DNA of 64,000 nt. It comes from Malacoraja senta. Taxonomy: Eukaryota. This document shows positions 51,502-64,000 of the stretch, piece after piece; position 1 is the first letter of the stretch, and each line of letters starts with the position of its first letter. The notes beneath the pieces are model-generated. The model had not been told where the DNA came from and searched no databases. It saw only the letters and a list, made by a program, of their open reading frames with translations. The position numbers were made by a program, and so were the translations under genes. The DNA is taken from contig JAXLNO010005841.1 of the NCBI GenBank assembly GCA_038087875.1, forward strand, positions 3,534,001 to 3,598,000. The letters are read 5' to 3'.

Positions 51502-52415
51502 TTAATTTAGTGGCGATTGTGATCCTGTCCCGAGGAAACTGCGGCCTGTCCAAATGTATCAGCCGGTATCTCCTGTCTATGGCGGTGACGGATCTTTTGG
51601 TCATTCTCACTGCAGTGATGTTAAACCGGATACCCGCCATTTATTTTCCGGGTAGCTTCCTCGCCATAACTCCCATATGTAGTTTCAGCATTGCGTTGAT
51701 TTATGCAGCGAGAGACAGTTCGGTGTGGCTGACAGTCACGTTCACATTTGATCGATTTGTAGCCATCTGTTGCCAGAAGCTCAAAGCAAGATATTGCACC
51801 CACAGAACAGCGGGCATTGTTGTCTCAACCGTCTGTGCGTTGGGCTGTCTGATCAATGTTCCCTGGTACTTCCTGCACGAACCCATCTATATCATTGACA
51901 ATGTCCCTTGGTATTGCAAACGGAGGGATATCCGTTATTCTTTCCTTTTGTGGACAATATTTGATTGGGTTGATCGCGTTTTAACCCCTTGTCTCCCCTT
52001 CATTCTTGTCATCGTGTTCAATGCACTAACCGTCCGGTACATACTGGTGGCCAGTCGAGCACGGAAGAGACTCCGTTCTTGCTCCACCGGTGAGAAACTG
52101 AGCGACCCGGAAATTGAAAACCGCAGCAAGTCCATTATCCTCCTTTTTGCCATCTCAGGCTGTTTCATCCTGCTGTGGATGCCGTATGTTATCCAATTCT
52201 TTGTAGAAAGGTTTCAAGTTGGTTATAAAATTAATGGCTACAGTGACCCCAGGTTTATATTGATGGAAAGTGCTAATGTGGTTCAATTGTTGAGCTGCTG
52301 CACAAACACGTTCATTTATGCAGTTACACAAAATAAATTCAGGGAGCAGGTGAAGGCAATAGTGAAATATCCATTCAACCAATTGCATTCGTTCATTAAT
52401 TTCCGTAAGTCATAA
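51502..52415 (+). CDS. GPR139/GPR142-like class A orphan GPCR, main coding exon (first exon not located)
   Basis: ttctcttgcAG acceptor, phase 1; VNLVAIVILSRGNCGLSKCI, MAVTDLL, SVWLTVTFTFDRFVAICC, FILLWMP, SCCTNTFIYAVTQ; AATAAA at 52474-52479. Confidence 0.88.
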
Positions 52416-52730
52416 GTTCCATGAATTATTTTGTGTTAAGTGTTCAAAAGTTTAGTATTGTATTTAACTGAAAAATAAAGTCCATGGATTAATCTGAATT
52501 GAAAGTATCTTCATTTTATCCTGTACATAGATAATTAACGGAAAATAATATATACTAAACGCGTTTTCGCTGGGTGCTCCGGTTTCCTCCCACATGACAA
52601 AGACTGCAGCCTCTTTAGGTTAATTAGCTTCTGAAAATTGTCCCCAGTGTGCTGGAGAGAACTGGTTTCCTGGTGATTTCTGGTCGGCACGGACGATGAG
52701 CCGATGGGCATGTTTCCATGCTGTATCTCT

Positions 52731-52856
52731 CAACTAAACTGGACTAAATTAAATTAAACTAAACTAAGCTAAACTAAGCTAAGCTAAACTAAGTACATCT
52801 ACGCTAATGTAAGCTGAACTAAACTAAACTAAACTAAACTGAACCAAACTAAACTA
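52731..52856 (+). repeat. (TAAAC/TAAGC)n pentanucleotide SINE tail
   Basis: Direct reading. Confidence 0.9.
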
Positions 52857-54408
52857 TATTAAGGAGGACATGCATTGCGGATTGGATTGAAATCCGATTT
52901 GAGAAAACAGCATGGAATGAGACTCTTCAGCCCACCGAATCCACGCCGTCGATCGATCACCCGTTCAAACGTTCAGTGATAACACGTCTTCACTCACTCC
53001 CCACACATTGGGAACGATTTACAAAGGCCAATTAACATTCAAAACAGCATGACTTTGGAATGTGGGAGGAAAGCGGAACACGTATAGGGTGCTGAGAATA
53101 TAAAATGAGATACCAGAGAAAGCGGTTGAGGCAGGTAGTATAACAGAATTGAAGCGAAATTTGGACAGATACATGGATGGGAAAGGTTCAGAGGAATCTC
53201 GATCAACTTTTTCTTCAGTTACGTGCCTCACCTCATTTTTCAAGGCGCGGTCCAGTATTGGGCGCTCTATATCTTGGCGAGGGAAGCTCTTTGGAACATA
53301 TTTGACTAATTCTATCCCGTCCAGGTCGTTCCTCGCATCAGAAACTCAATCACTAGTCGGGATAATGAAATCTTCCACTAATTCTAAATTGTTGCGTTGC
53401 TTTATCTGCAATCTCCTATTTATTTTTTCCTATTATTCCTATTATTTCCCTTGTCAATGCGGAAGCGTATACACTCTCAGTGAAGCGATCATTTCCTCCT
53501 TGTTTAAACTTTATGCCCATATAGGCTCACTGGACGAATCTCCAATTATATCCTATTTAATATCTCCATGGGATTGGCCACTAATGGCAGAAAAAAGGAA
53601 TACGAAACGAGCAATTTCTTTGATTGTAATTATACTGTAGTCCATCCAATAACTAGCGTATTTGAGAGAACACAGATTCGGGCATTTTGCGAAATGAGTT
53701 AAAACAATGAGGTTAATGTTTAAGAAACCAAGTATTTTAGAGGTTTGAATCAGGGAAAAGCATATGTGGGAGGGAATTTTGTACTTTACTCATACCCTAT
53801 ATCTGACTTTACTCAGATAGGCACAGCCACAAAATAAAACAGCTCATAGATTAGTGGTGAGTCCATAGCATAAGTCGGTTTCATAAAGGCCTTTGCGTCA
53901 TACATGGGGAAACAGTGTGAGCATGCTCAAGCTGCCTCCAAATATTACAGTAACTGTAGGATGTTTACACACTCATGACACAATGGTTACTTGTGGAGTT
54001 GAAATAAACCATCATTAAACAATGCCTCCCCAAAGTTAACGTTAATCTTGCATTTCCTTTTGTTTAGAAATCTCGCTCCCCTATATCTAACATGTAGATA
54101 TCATAAATGTCCAGATGCTGCTCGCCAAATGGAGTCCCCTCGTAAATGGCGCCATTTGTTAACTTTTTGTGTGACTTGCCTTCTAAACACAGTGACCAAA
54201 AGCTGGTGTAATGCAAAATTAAAACAAATAAGAATCTAGGCAGAACTACTAAGGAATATCCTCCCCCTACTGATACCAAAGCCTGTTTCTCAGCAGAATG
54301 TTTCAGCTTTAGCTATTTTAACTACCTTCTATCTTGGCCATATCCGCACCATGCTCCCAGTATGTGAGCTCCAGCGTCAATCAAACTATAACATACTAAT
54401 TTTCCTTA

Positions 54409-55173
54409 TCATATACTTATTAAAAGTCTGACCTTGTTCGTGTGTATATGTGTGTGTAAATGTGTGTGTATGTGTGCGTGTATATGTGGTTGTCTTTACA
54501 TCTTCTCAAAAACACTACGCGGTAACAATTACATTTTTACATATTCCGATTGACATTTTTCCCATCGAGGTCGGGATCACCTTATCTGAACATTTTTTGC
54601 TTTATTTCTCGACTTATTCTCGACTCATTATTGATTAAAATTCCTAAAAAGTCAAAACATTTTGAAATTAAAACTACCAGCTTCAACTGATGCCATCACA
54701 ATGGCTCCGCAAGCAGAGATTAAAGATTTAATCCTGTATTTGACACGTTATTCGCGATTATAGCTTTAAAAATGCCAACTTTCGCAAGGTTTTTACATAT
54801 TCTGATTCACATTTTCCCCTCGACGCAAAGATCACTTTCATTGAACATTTTATGCTTTATTTCTCGACATTGCTGATTAAAGTAAAACTAATCAAAATAC
54901 CTTGAATTTCAACGACCAGCTTCGACGGATGACGTCACAAAGGCATATTCAACTGATGACGTCACGATGGATAGACTAGCAGGGGGGGGGCGAATTGCTA
55001 TTGCAACACGCAGGGCAAGAGCAATTGGAATTGTTTTTAATGAGCACTGCTGAGGGAGGAAAGGGGTGCCGTTCGGGAACGGCTTGAGTTGGAGGACCAC
55101 GCCTCCCGTGCGGGCTACGGTTGGGGAACGGGTGCATGGGGGAGCAGACCCAACGGTTCTGCACTTGGTCTAG
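54409..55173 (+). mobile_element. Non-autonomous Helitron-like element
   Basis: A|TC start, CTAG|T end, hairpin GCAGACCC-AAC-GGTTCTGC about 11 bp before the end, no target duplication. Confidence 0.65.
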
Positions 55174-55439
55174 TAATAGTTAAAACTCCCGACAACACCA
55201 TATGTCAGGCGTTAGAAATGTTAATGAACGAAACTCTTGACGTATACATGGGAATATTGGAGGGAACCGAACAATAAACTGGAATGGCAATGCGGGCTTC
55301 GACGTTACATTGACAGGTAGGGTTGAGGAGAATCACTCAGTTTTCTGTAGAAGTAAGAGTATACATAGAATGAATAGGTCGGAGAAACATAGATAATAAG
55401 TGCAGGAGGAGGCCATTTGGCCCTTGGAGCCAGAACAGC

Positions 55440-56143
55440 ATCAGTCTATGAAAGTAAGCATGCAGGTACAGCAGGCAGTGAAGAAAGCGAATGGCATGTT
55501 GGCCTTTATAACAAGAGGAATCGAATATAGGTGCAAAGAGGTCATTCTGCAGTTGTACAGAGCCCTAGTGAGACCACACCTGGAGTATTGTGTGCAGCTT
55601 TGGTCCCCTAATGTGAGGAAGGACATTCTTGCCATTGAGGGAGTGCGGCGTAGGTTTACAAGGTTAATTCCCGGGATGGCGGTACTGTCATATGCTGAGA
55701 GGATGGAGCAGCTGGGCTTGTACACTCTGGAGTTTAGAAGGATGAGAGGAGATCTCATTTAAACACATATGATTGTTAAGGGCTTGGACACAGGAGAGGC
55801 AGGAAACATGTTCCCGATGTTGGGGGAAGTTCAGAACCTGGGGCCATCTGTTTAAGAATAAGGAGTAAGCCATTTAGAACGGAGACGAGGAAACACTTTT
55901 TCCTCACAGAGAGTGGTGAGTCTATGGAATTCTCTGCCTCGGAGGGCGGTGGAGGCAGGTGCGCTGGATGCTTTCAAGAGAGATCTAGATAGGGCTCTTA
56001 AAAATGGCGGAGTCAGGGGATATTGGTAGAAGGCAGGAAGGGGGTACAGATTGTGGATGATCAGCCTTGATCACATTGAATGGCGGTGCTGGCTCGAAGG
56101 GCCGAATGGCCTTCTCCTGCAACTATTGTCTATTGTCTATTGT
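55440..56143 (+). mobile_element. CR1 3' end
   Basis: KKANGMLAFI..RPHLEYCVQ..LEFRRMRGDLI; (CTATTGT)n tail. Confidence 0.92.
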
Positions 56144-58270
56144 CCACCAATTCAGCTTCGTCCCCTCCGTATCGTGGGGCTTTAATCGACCCGTTCGCGG
56201 GTCCTGTCATCACCCGGCGCGGGTTAAAACCGGCCGCGGGCCTTCCATCCTCCGGCGGGGGCTTCAACATCGGGAAGCAGCAATTTTACCGCGAGGTGGT
56301 GGAAGATCCCGCGGCCGATTTTAAGCAGCGCCGCTCCGGGCGATGAAAGGCCCCGCGAACGGGCCGATACAAGCTCCGCTCTATGATCTGTGCTCTACCA
56401 GGACGTCTCCCTCCTCCAATCACCGCGCTCCATCCTCAGTCCCACCCCCCTACTTCCGCATCTGACCGACACCTATCTCCTCCAATCACCGTACTCTATC
56501 CTCAGTCCCACCCCCTACCTCCGCCTCCGATCGACACTTCCGTCTTCCAATCATTGCGCTGAATCTTCATGTCCCGGCCCCCCATAGCCTGTAGTCCGAC
56601 GTCTCTCTCGTCCAATCGCCGCCCTCGATCATCAGTCCCACTCCCACTGTCTCGCGGAAAGCGGAGATCTTTAATAGTTTTTTTTCACCGAATTTCGAAA
56701 TCCGGATTACAAAACATGGAAGGGGGGGGGGGGGGGTGGATTGTCCCCACCTCTCAAAACATGGAGGGGACGTGTGCCTCCGCCCCCCCCCCCCCGGGAT
56801 TTCCGCCCATGCAGGGATGTGCAGACGCGAGAAGTTCACATCCGGAAACATCCCAGTAAGTAGGAGAATAAAGGCCAGCCATGCTTGTAGACATACCACC
56901 GATTGAGCTCAAACAAGTGGACGACCTCGGCCGGCCTCACATGACACTGGTTAGCATAATTGATACCACCTTCGCCCAGGGGAGAAGTGGAGCATTATGT
57001 GATCGCTACCCTCCAAGTGAGTTACTTGTGAATATTCAGAATTATGAGGGTAGTTAGCAGAAACGATTGAAATTCACCAACTCTACCCCGAAGACCGACG
57101 TGTGTTGGTTAAAGCTAAAATCCCAAGGGATATGAGTGTCAATATGGCCCAGCGGAAATTCGGGATAATCTCTTGACGACTAGCGAGGATCCTGGCAATG
57201 AGGACAGATACCTTTGTATAAAGGAGTTAGTGTGACAGCGCCCAGGGCGGTGACGGGTAGTGGGAGGGGGATGGGCAGGTAATTGCCCGGAGTTGGGAAC
57301 TGCTCGTCTCCTTGTCACCGCGTGGGTTTCCATGTTTGCTCCTGGGGGAAATTGTCGGTAATGTGAAGGAAATAGGCGTAAACGTGAGATAACATATAAC
57401 TAGCGTGAAAGAACAATTGATGGTCCATTGAACCTCGGTGGGCTAAAGGGCCTGCTTCCCCGCTGTAGCCATAAACTAAACGGAACAAACTGAACTGANN
57501 NNNNNNNNNNNNNNNNNNNNNNNNNNNNNNNNNNNNNNNNNNNNNNNNNNNNNNNNNNNNNNNNNNNNNNNNNNNNNNNNNNNNNNNNNNNNNNNNNNNN
57601 NNNNNNNNNNNNNNNNNNNNNNNNNNNNNNNNNNNNNNNCTAAACTAAATTCATCCCTTCCCGCAGTACTCTCTCACGATTCTCCTCGCTTCATATTCTC
57701 CAAGCAGGTAACATTATAAATGACCATCTGCACCAGGGACACAGTCTGATCGTTCACTGAATTTGCAAGGCGATTCATACAGAAGATTGTATTTGCACTT
57801 CTCGTGTGGTTTCCAAATGGTTGTGGTTTATGTCGTCTAACTCGAAAGTATCAACTGATGAGAAATGTCTTAGGTTTAATAGGTTTTCAATCATTCCGGC
57901 AACTGTTTGAAATATGGACCCGGAAACACCTTCTACGAGTTAAAGGAACTGCAGATGCTGGAAAATCGAAGGTACACAAAAATGCCGGAGAAACTCAGCG
58001 GGTGCAGCAGCATCTATGGAGCGAAGGAAATAGGCAATGTTTCGGGCCGAAACCCTTCTTCAAACACCTTCTAAGAGGACGTCCAATTGCCGCCTATCTG
58101 ACGCGGCTAGTAGTCGTCCCACATCCGTTTCCCTTCAAATGGCTATGCTGGTACAGAAGCCGATCGATCCGGCTCATTTCGACATTTCAAAATCAACATC
58201 GGTTCTGAGGAGAAAAGAGTCCAACGAATCCAGTGTCAGGTTTTAACGCTGCTTTATCTGAAATTTACAG

Positions 58271-58534
58271 GTGCGACGGTTTTCGAACCGAAGTAACCAA
58301 ACCTGCAGAATCATTACCGATCCTACTGAAAATAACTTCAGAGCAAGGCTACAGAACAAAACTGCAGAAGTAAACGAACAAACATACAGAAAGAAGACCG
58401 AAGACCACTCTATTTACAGTATCATCAGGCGAATCGTAGGCCAGTTATTTTCCCGGACCCGTGGTTTCTAATAAACTGCGCTCCAGCAATTACCTGCAGA
58501 CTCCGTGCAAGCTGCCACACCGACAGCTTTGAAC
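58271..58534 (+). other. Exon-like segment (AG ... GTAAGT) of unknown assignment
   Basis: aaatttacAG at 58269-58270, AAC|GTAAGT at 58535; non-repetitive; phase-0 frame contains SIYSII. Confidence 0.35.
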
Positions 58535-61376
58535 GTAAGTAAGACTTTAGCTTCTCTCCAGTTGATCGAATTTGCTCTCTATTCATATGACAAAAGAATG
58601 GGGGGGGGGGGGGGTGTTGTGATCTGGTTGTGTGAGCCCGGTTGTGTGAGAACGCGAAAGAGTGCGTGGGTGATGGGGGGGGGGGGGTTACATTTGATTA
58701 GTTACATACGCTGCTGTTGTGTGGATCTGTGTGTATGCGCGTACGCCTTCGAGCTGTGTGTTTATGGAAGGAGTGCATGTGTTTTATGTGCGGGTGCGTG
58801 CACGCAGCACGTGTACGACAGGGCCTGTGTGCGTTTATTGAACGAGTGTGTGTTATGTATATGCTGTGTTTTGTGTGTTCTTTACATACAGTATGTGCCA
58901 TGTGCACATGAAGTGGGGACTGTGTGTATATGCAAGCTGTGTGAGACTGGGTATTCAGTGCATCTGTGAGCGCGGGGTGGGTTGCATGTGCATAGATACA
59001 TAGATACATAGAAAATAGGTGCTACCCTCCAATCATCAGGAACTACTCCTGGGGGGTTTGATTGTGTGTGTTTGTGTTTGTGTGTACGTGTGTATGTGTG
59101 TATGTGTTCAATGATCAGATGATTCAATTATACTTTATTGTTCACAAGTGCCTAGGTACAGCGAAATGCTTTGTTTTGCACAATACCTGGTAAAAACATA
59201 CAGCAGACCTCACCTCGGCAGTCCACAAATGTCGCCACGTTTCTGGCCCTGACGAAGTTACAGAAATTTATCTTCTGCTTGCCGCGGCACGTGGTAGCAG
59301 GCTGAGTCCCTTCCCCCACACCCTTCCCCGCCGGCTCCCCCCTTCAATCTCGGCGCAGCCCCCACCCCTTCGGTCTCGGCGGCAGNNNNNNNNNNNNNNN
59401 NNNNNNNNNNNNNNNNNNNNNNNNNNNNNNNNNNNNNNNNNNNNNNNNNNNNNNNNNNNNNNNNNNNNNNNNNNNNNNNNNNNNNNNNNNNNNNNNNNNN
59501 NNNNNNNNNNNNNNNNNNNGTGTTTTTAGGTGTGTGTGTGTCTATAAGTGTGTGTGTGTTTGTTTGTGGGTTTGTGCTTGTAAGTGTGCGTGTGTGTTTG
59601 GAGGTAAATGTTTGTGTATGTGTGTGTGTTGGTGCAAGTCTGTATGTATGCTCTGCATTCTTGCCTCCTTGCCAAAATAAAATGTCCACATGATTTCTCT
59701 GAAATCCATTGTGAAATGTAAACTTTTCGCTCCCATTTTTTGTGAAGTTATAGTAACCTCCGAATGTCAATCTACAAGTACGTTTCATTGTAAAGTCTGC
59801 TTTCGACTTTGTTTCTGGAACAAGTGTTGCAACGTGGCCTCATGCAGTTGTTGCAATACCGTTTTCCAGCCAAAATAATTTGGCTGCAAATCCCGCAGCA
59901 GAACTTAAAGGCAAAATCATCACTGCTGAATGTCCCAGGAGTCATGTGGACGGTGAAGTTCATGAAGGGAGGGGTAACTCAGGGTTCTGGCCCTGGTCGA
60001 TTGAGCCATTTAGTTGGGGAATGAGCGTGTTGACAGCCAATAACGCAATTAAAATAAAATAAAATAAAATTTCTTTTTGAGCCAAGATCATTGTTTTTTT
60101 TAAATCTGATTCGGGTATTTTCCTGAACTCACAGACCCAGAACGATGGTTAAAATCGTCGAGCTTTACATGACAAGAAAAGACCATTCTGTCCCTCTGGT
60201 TCGTGCTGAACAGGTTACCTAACTGAGCTTGAAGATAGACACAAAGGCTGTAGTAACTGAGTGATTAAGGCAGCATCTTTGGTGACGTTTCGTGTCGAGA
60301 CTCTTCTTCAGGCTGAGAGTCAGGGGAGAGAGAAACGAGACATATACAGTAGCAGGTAATATAGAGAGATAGAAAGCATATGAATGAAACATTTGCAAAA
60401 TGTAACGAAGATCAAGGAAAGGTGAAGCCCACCGTGGTCCATTGATATTATCTGAAAAAAGTGCAGATTGCAATAGAATCATTGACACATACATCTAGTC
60501 CAAACTTAAAAAGAGAATGGCGGCGTCTGGAACGCGCTGCCAATGGCAGTAGTGGAAGCAGATCGATAGTGGTATTAGGCACTCGGACATGCAGGATATG
60601 GAAGATTGTGCCTCGTGTAGCCGGGGTGAAATTATTTGAACTCAGCATCGCGTTCGGTACAAACATTATGGGTCAAAAAGCTTGTTCACGTGCAGTTCTA
60701 TTTTCTATGCTCTTCTATTTCCCGATCTCAGAACCTTATCTTCCATGCATCTTTCCTCTTCATATAACTATGCGGTGGCACGGTGGCACGGTGGCGCAGC
60801 GGTGGATTTGCTGCTTTACCCGGGTTCGATCCCGACTATACGGAATATGCACTTTCTCGAAGTGAACTGCGTGGATTTTCTCCGGGATCTCCTGCGATCT
60901 GTTGGTTTATCGATTATGTTATGAATATTTTTCGTTCGGATTTCTGAGGCGCAAAACCGCAAAGCGAGAATATATCTATTAAGAATTAGTTTAGGTTAAT
61001 TTATAGATACAGCGCGGAAACATGCCCTTCGGCCTGCGGAGTCCGCGCCGACCAACGATTCCTGCACACGAACATCATCCTACACACACTAGATACAATT
61101 TAAAATGTTATCGATGCCAAATAACCAACAAATCATTACGTCTTTGGAGTGTGGGAGGAAAGCGCTGCTCCAGCCGTAAACCCATGCAGGTTACGTGGAG
61201 AACGTACAAACTCCGGACAGACAGTACCGGGAGGCAGGATGGAACCCAGGTCTCTGACACTCTAAAGCACCAACTCTATACGCTGTTCCACCGTGACGCC
61301 TATAGTAATATTATTTGATTTTTCTTTTTTCCAGAACCCGATAACCTTAAACGGACGATATATTCAAGAAAACACA

Positions 61377-61416
61377 ATGATCTGGCAATATTGCTTCCCT
61401 CTGTTACTTCTCCAAG
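61377..61416 (+). CDS. Signal-peptide exon of MAG/Siglec-like gene copy 2
   Basis: ttttttccAG acceptor at 61333-61334 (implies an upstream 5'UTR exon); MIWQYCFPLLLLQ-G then GTAAAA; joins in frame to a V exon like 4026 (LLLLQ-GVQPG-EW). Confidence 0.85.
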
Positions 61417-64000
61417 GTAAAATCGGCAACGTTTCGCATGGATTGCTTACATCCCTGGCAAATTATAATAGTGATACGATGGGGCTAATGTCAACATGGA
61501 CGCAGTGTGGTAACGCACACGAGTCGTCCATCACCGTTGAGGCCACGGAGCCAATTAGTTCAACATCTCAATTGTCGGAATCATCGTCTCTCATCCATCC
61601 TTCGCCAACCGCAGTTGCACTGGACACGTTTTGTGTACAGAGAAGGGCGGGTGCCTGGAATGCACAGCTGGAGTAGTGGTGGAGGGAGATACGATAGTTG
61701 CAATTAAAATTATTTTGAATAGTTCCACAGATATGCAGCGAATGGTGTGATATGATTTATGAGTAGGCGGAGGAGATTGATGTGGCATCATGTTCGGCAC
61801 AGGAATGGTGGCTCAGGGGACCAGTTCCTCTGGTGTACGGTTCTATGTTTGCGGTGATATGGATGAGAAATAAGAAATCCAAAGGAGCCCATCGTTGGGG
61901 CAGCGATCTCGGATATTTGCAGGGGAGAATGTTGTGGATAAAGAAACAATCCTCTGGATTTCCCAGCGGACCAGGTAACCATTGTGCAGAGAAATGAACA
62001 AACGACCTTCCGGGTCGAGGCCCTTCACGCGTCAGAGTGAGTGGAAGGGAGATAAGAAGTATAAGATGTAGGCGAGATATGATTGATTGATTGATTGATT
62101 CATAGATTCATTGTTGATGAGGGAGGAGTTGGCCAAAGTTGACTGGAAAGATACTGTAGCAGGGATGACAGTGGAACAACAATGGAGGTATTTCTAGGAA
62201 TAATACAGGTGCAGGATCAGTTCATTCCAAAGAGGAAGAAAGATTTCAGAGGGGAGTAAGGGGCGACCGTGGCTGACAAGGGAGGTCAGGGACAGTACAA
62301 ATATATAAGAGAAGAAGTACAATGTAGCAAAGATGAGCGGGAAGCAAGAGGATTGGGTAATGTTTTAAGAGCAACAGAAGATAACTGAAAAGACAATACG
62401 GGGAGAAAAGATGAGGTACGTAGGTAAGCTAGCCAAGAATATAAAGGAGGATAGTAAAAGCTTCTTTAGGTATGTGAAAAGGAAAAACATAGTTAAGACC
62501 AAAGTTGGACGATTGAAGACTGAAAAGGGTGAATTTATTATGGGGCATAAGGAAATGGCAGATTAGTCGAACAGGTACTTTGGATCCCTCTTCACTAAGG
62601 AGGACACAAACAATCTTCCTGAAGTACTAGTGTCCAGAGGATCGGGGGTGATAGAGGATCTGAAGGACATCCACATTAGGCTGGAAATGGTGTTGAGTGG
62701 ACTGCTGGGACTGAAGGCTGATAAATCCCCAAGGCCTGATGGTCTGCATCCCAGGGTACTTAAGGATGTGACTCTATAAATCGTGGATGCATTGGTGATA
62801 ATTTTCCAATGTTCTAAAGATTCAGGATCCGTTCCTGTGGATTGGATGGTAGATAATGTTATCCCACTTTTTAAGAAAGGCGGGAAAGAGAAAACAGGGA
62901 ATTATAGACCAGTTCGCATGACATCGGTGGTGGGGAAGATGCTGCAGTCAATTATTAAAGATGAAATAGCGGCACATTTGGATAGCAGTAACAGGCTCGG
63001 TATGAGTCAGCATGGATTTACGAATGGGAAATCATGCATGACTAATCTTCTGGAATTTTTTGAGGATGTGACTAGGGAAATGGACAAGGGAGAGCCAGTG
63101 GATGAGGTGTACCTGGACTTTCAGAAAGCATTTGATACGGTCCTATATAGGGGATTAGTGAGCAGAATTAGGGCACATTTTATTGGGGGTAGAGTGCTCA
63201 CATGCATAGACAATTGGTTGACTGTCAGGAAACAAAGTATAGGGATTATCGGGTCTCTGCTTAGTAGGCAGTGACTAGTGTGGTACTACTCCAGAATCTA
63301 AGGAGTTTTGAAAAATTATCAAATGCATCCACTATTTCTGGGGCTACTTCCGTAAGTACTCTGGGATGCAGCCTATCTGGCCCTGGGGATTTATCGGACT
63401 TTAATCCATTCAATTTACCTAACACCACTTCCCGGCTAACCTGGATTTCACTCAGTTCCTCTATCTCATTTGGCCCGCGGTCCCCTGCTATTTCTGGCAG
63501 ATTATTTATGTCTTCCTTAGTGAAGACAGAACCAAAGCAGTTCTTAAATTGGTCTGCCATGTCCTTGTTCCCCATGATCAATTCACCTGTTTCTGACTGC
63601 AAGCGATCTACATTTGTTTTAACTAATCCTTTTCTCTTCACATATCTATAAAAACCTTTGCAGTCAATTTTTATGTTCCCTGCCAGTTTTCTTTCATAAT
63701 CCATTTTCCCTTTCCTAATTAAGCCCTTTGGCCTCCTCTGCTGGACTCTGAATTTCTCCCAGTCCTCTGGTAGGCTGCTTTTTCGGGCTAATTTGTACGC
63801 TTCATCTTTTGTTTTGATACCATGCCTGATTTCCCTTGTTATCCACGGATGCACTACCTTCCCTGATTTATTCTTTTGTCAAACTGGGATGAACAATTGT
63901 TGTAGTTCATCCATGCAATCTTTAAATGCCTTCCATTGCATATCCACCGTCAACCCTCTAAGAATCAATTGCCAGTCTATCTTGGCCAATTCACGTCTCA
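61412..64000 (+). repeat. Segmental duplicate of 1-2463
   Basis: Base-by-base near identity including the same two head-to-head CR1 fragments; copy 1 has two deletions (near 391 and 1352). Confidence 0.97.

Overview
Eukaryotic, repeat-rich vertebrate genomic DNA, most likely a cartilaginous fish (skate/ray-like, inferred from the CR1/V-SINE repeat content and a GPR139-like receptor of the chondrichthyan type). It has five N gaps. Genes I can support: (1) a spliced + strand MAG/Siglec-like Ig-superfamily gene (signal exon ending at 5, V-set 4026-4382, three C2-type exons, then a stalk/hydrophobic exon present in three intact copies inside a ~3.2-3.5 kb tandem array); its V domain has Tyr where Siglecs carry the essential sialic-acid-binding Arg; (2) an intact single-exon TAS2R bitter taste receptor (32296-33282, -); (3) two trypsin-like serine protease pseudogenes (-); (4) the main coding exon of a GPR139-like GPCR (51502-52415, +); (5) the start of a second, near-identical copy of the Siglec-like gene at 61377, a recent duplication offset by about 61.4 kb. 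The rest is CR1, Penelope, Vingi, RTE and Rex1-like LINE debris, an internally deleted Gypsy LTR element, Helitron-like and TIR-type non-autonomous DNA elements, SINEs, G-rich minisatellites, and two AT-rich decayed reading frames that may be endogenous viral remnants (low confidence). Exon boundaries were read by eye; repeat boundaries are approximate.
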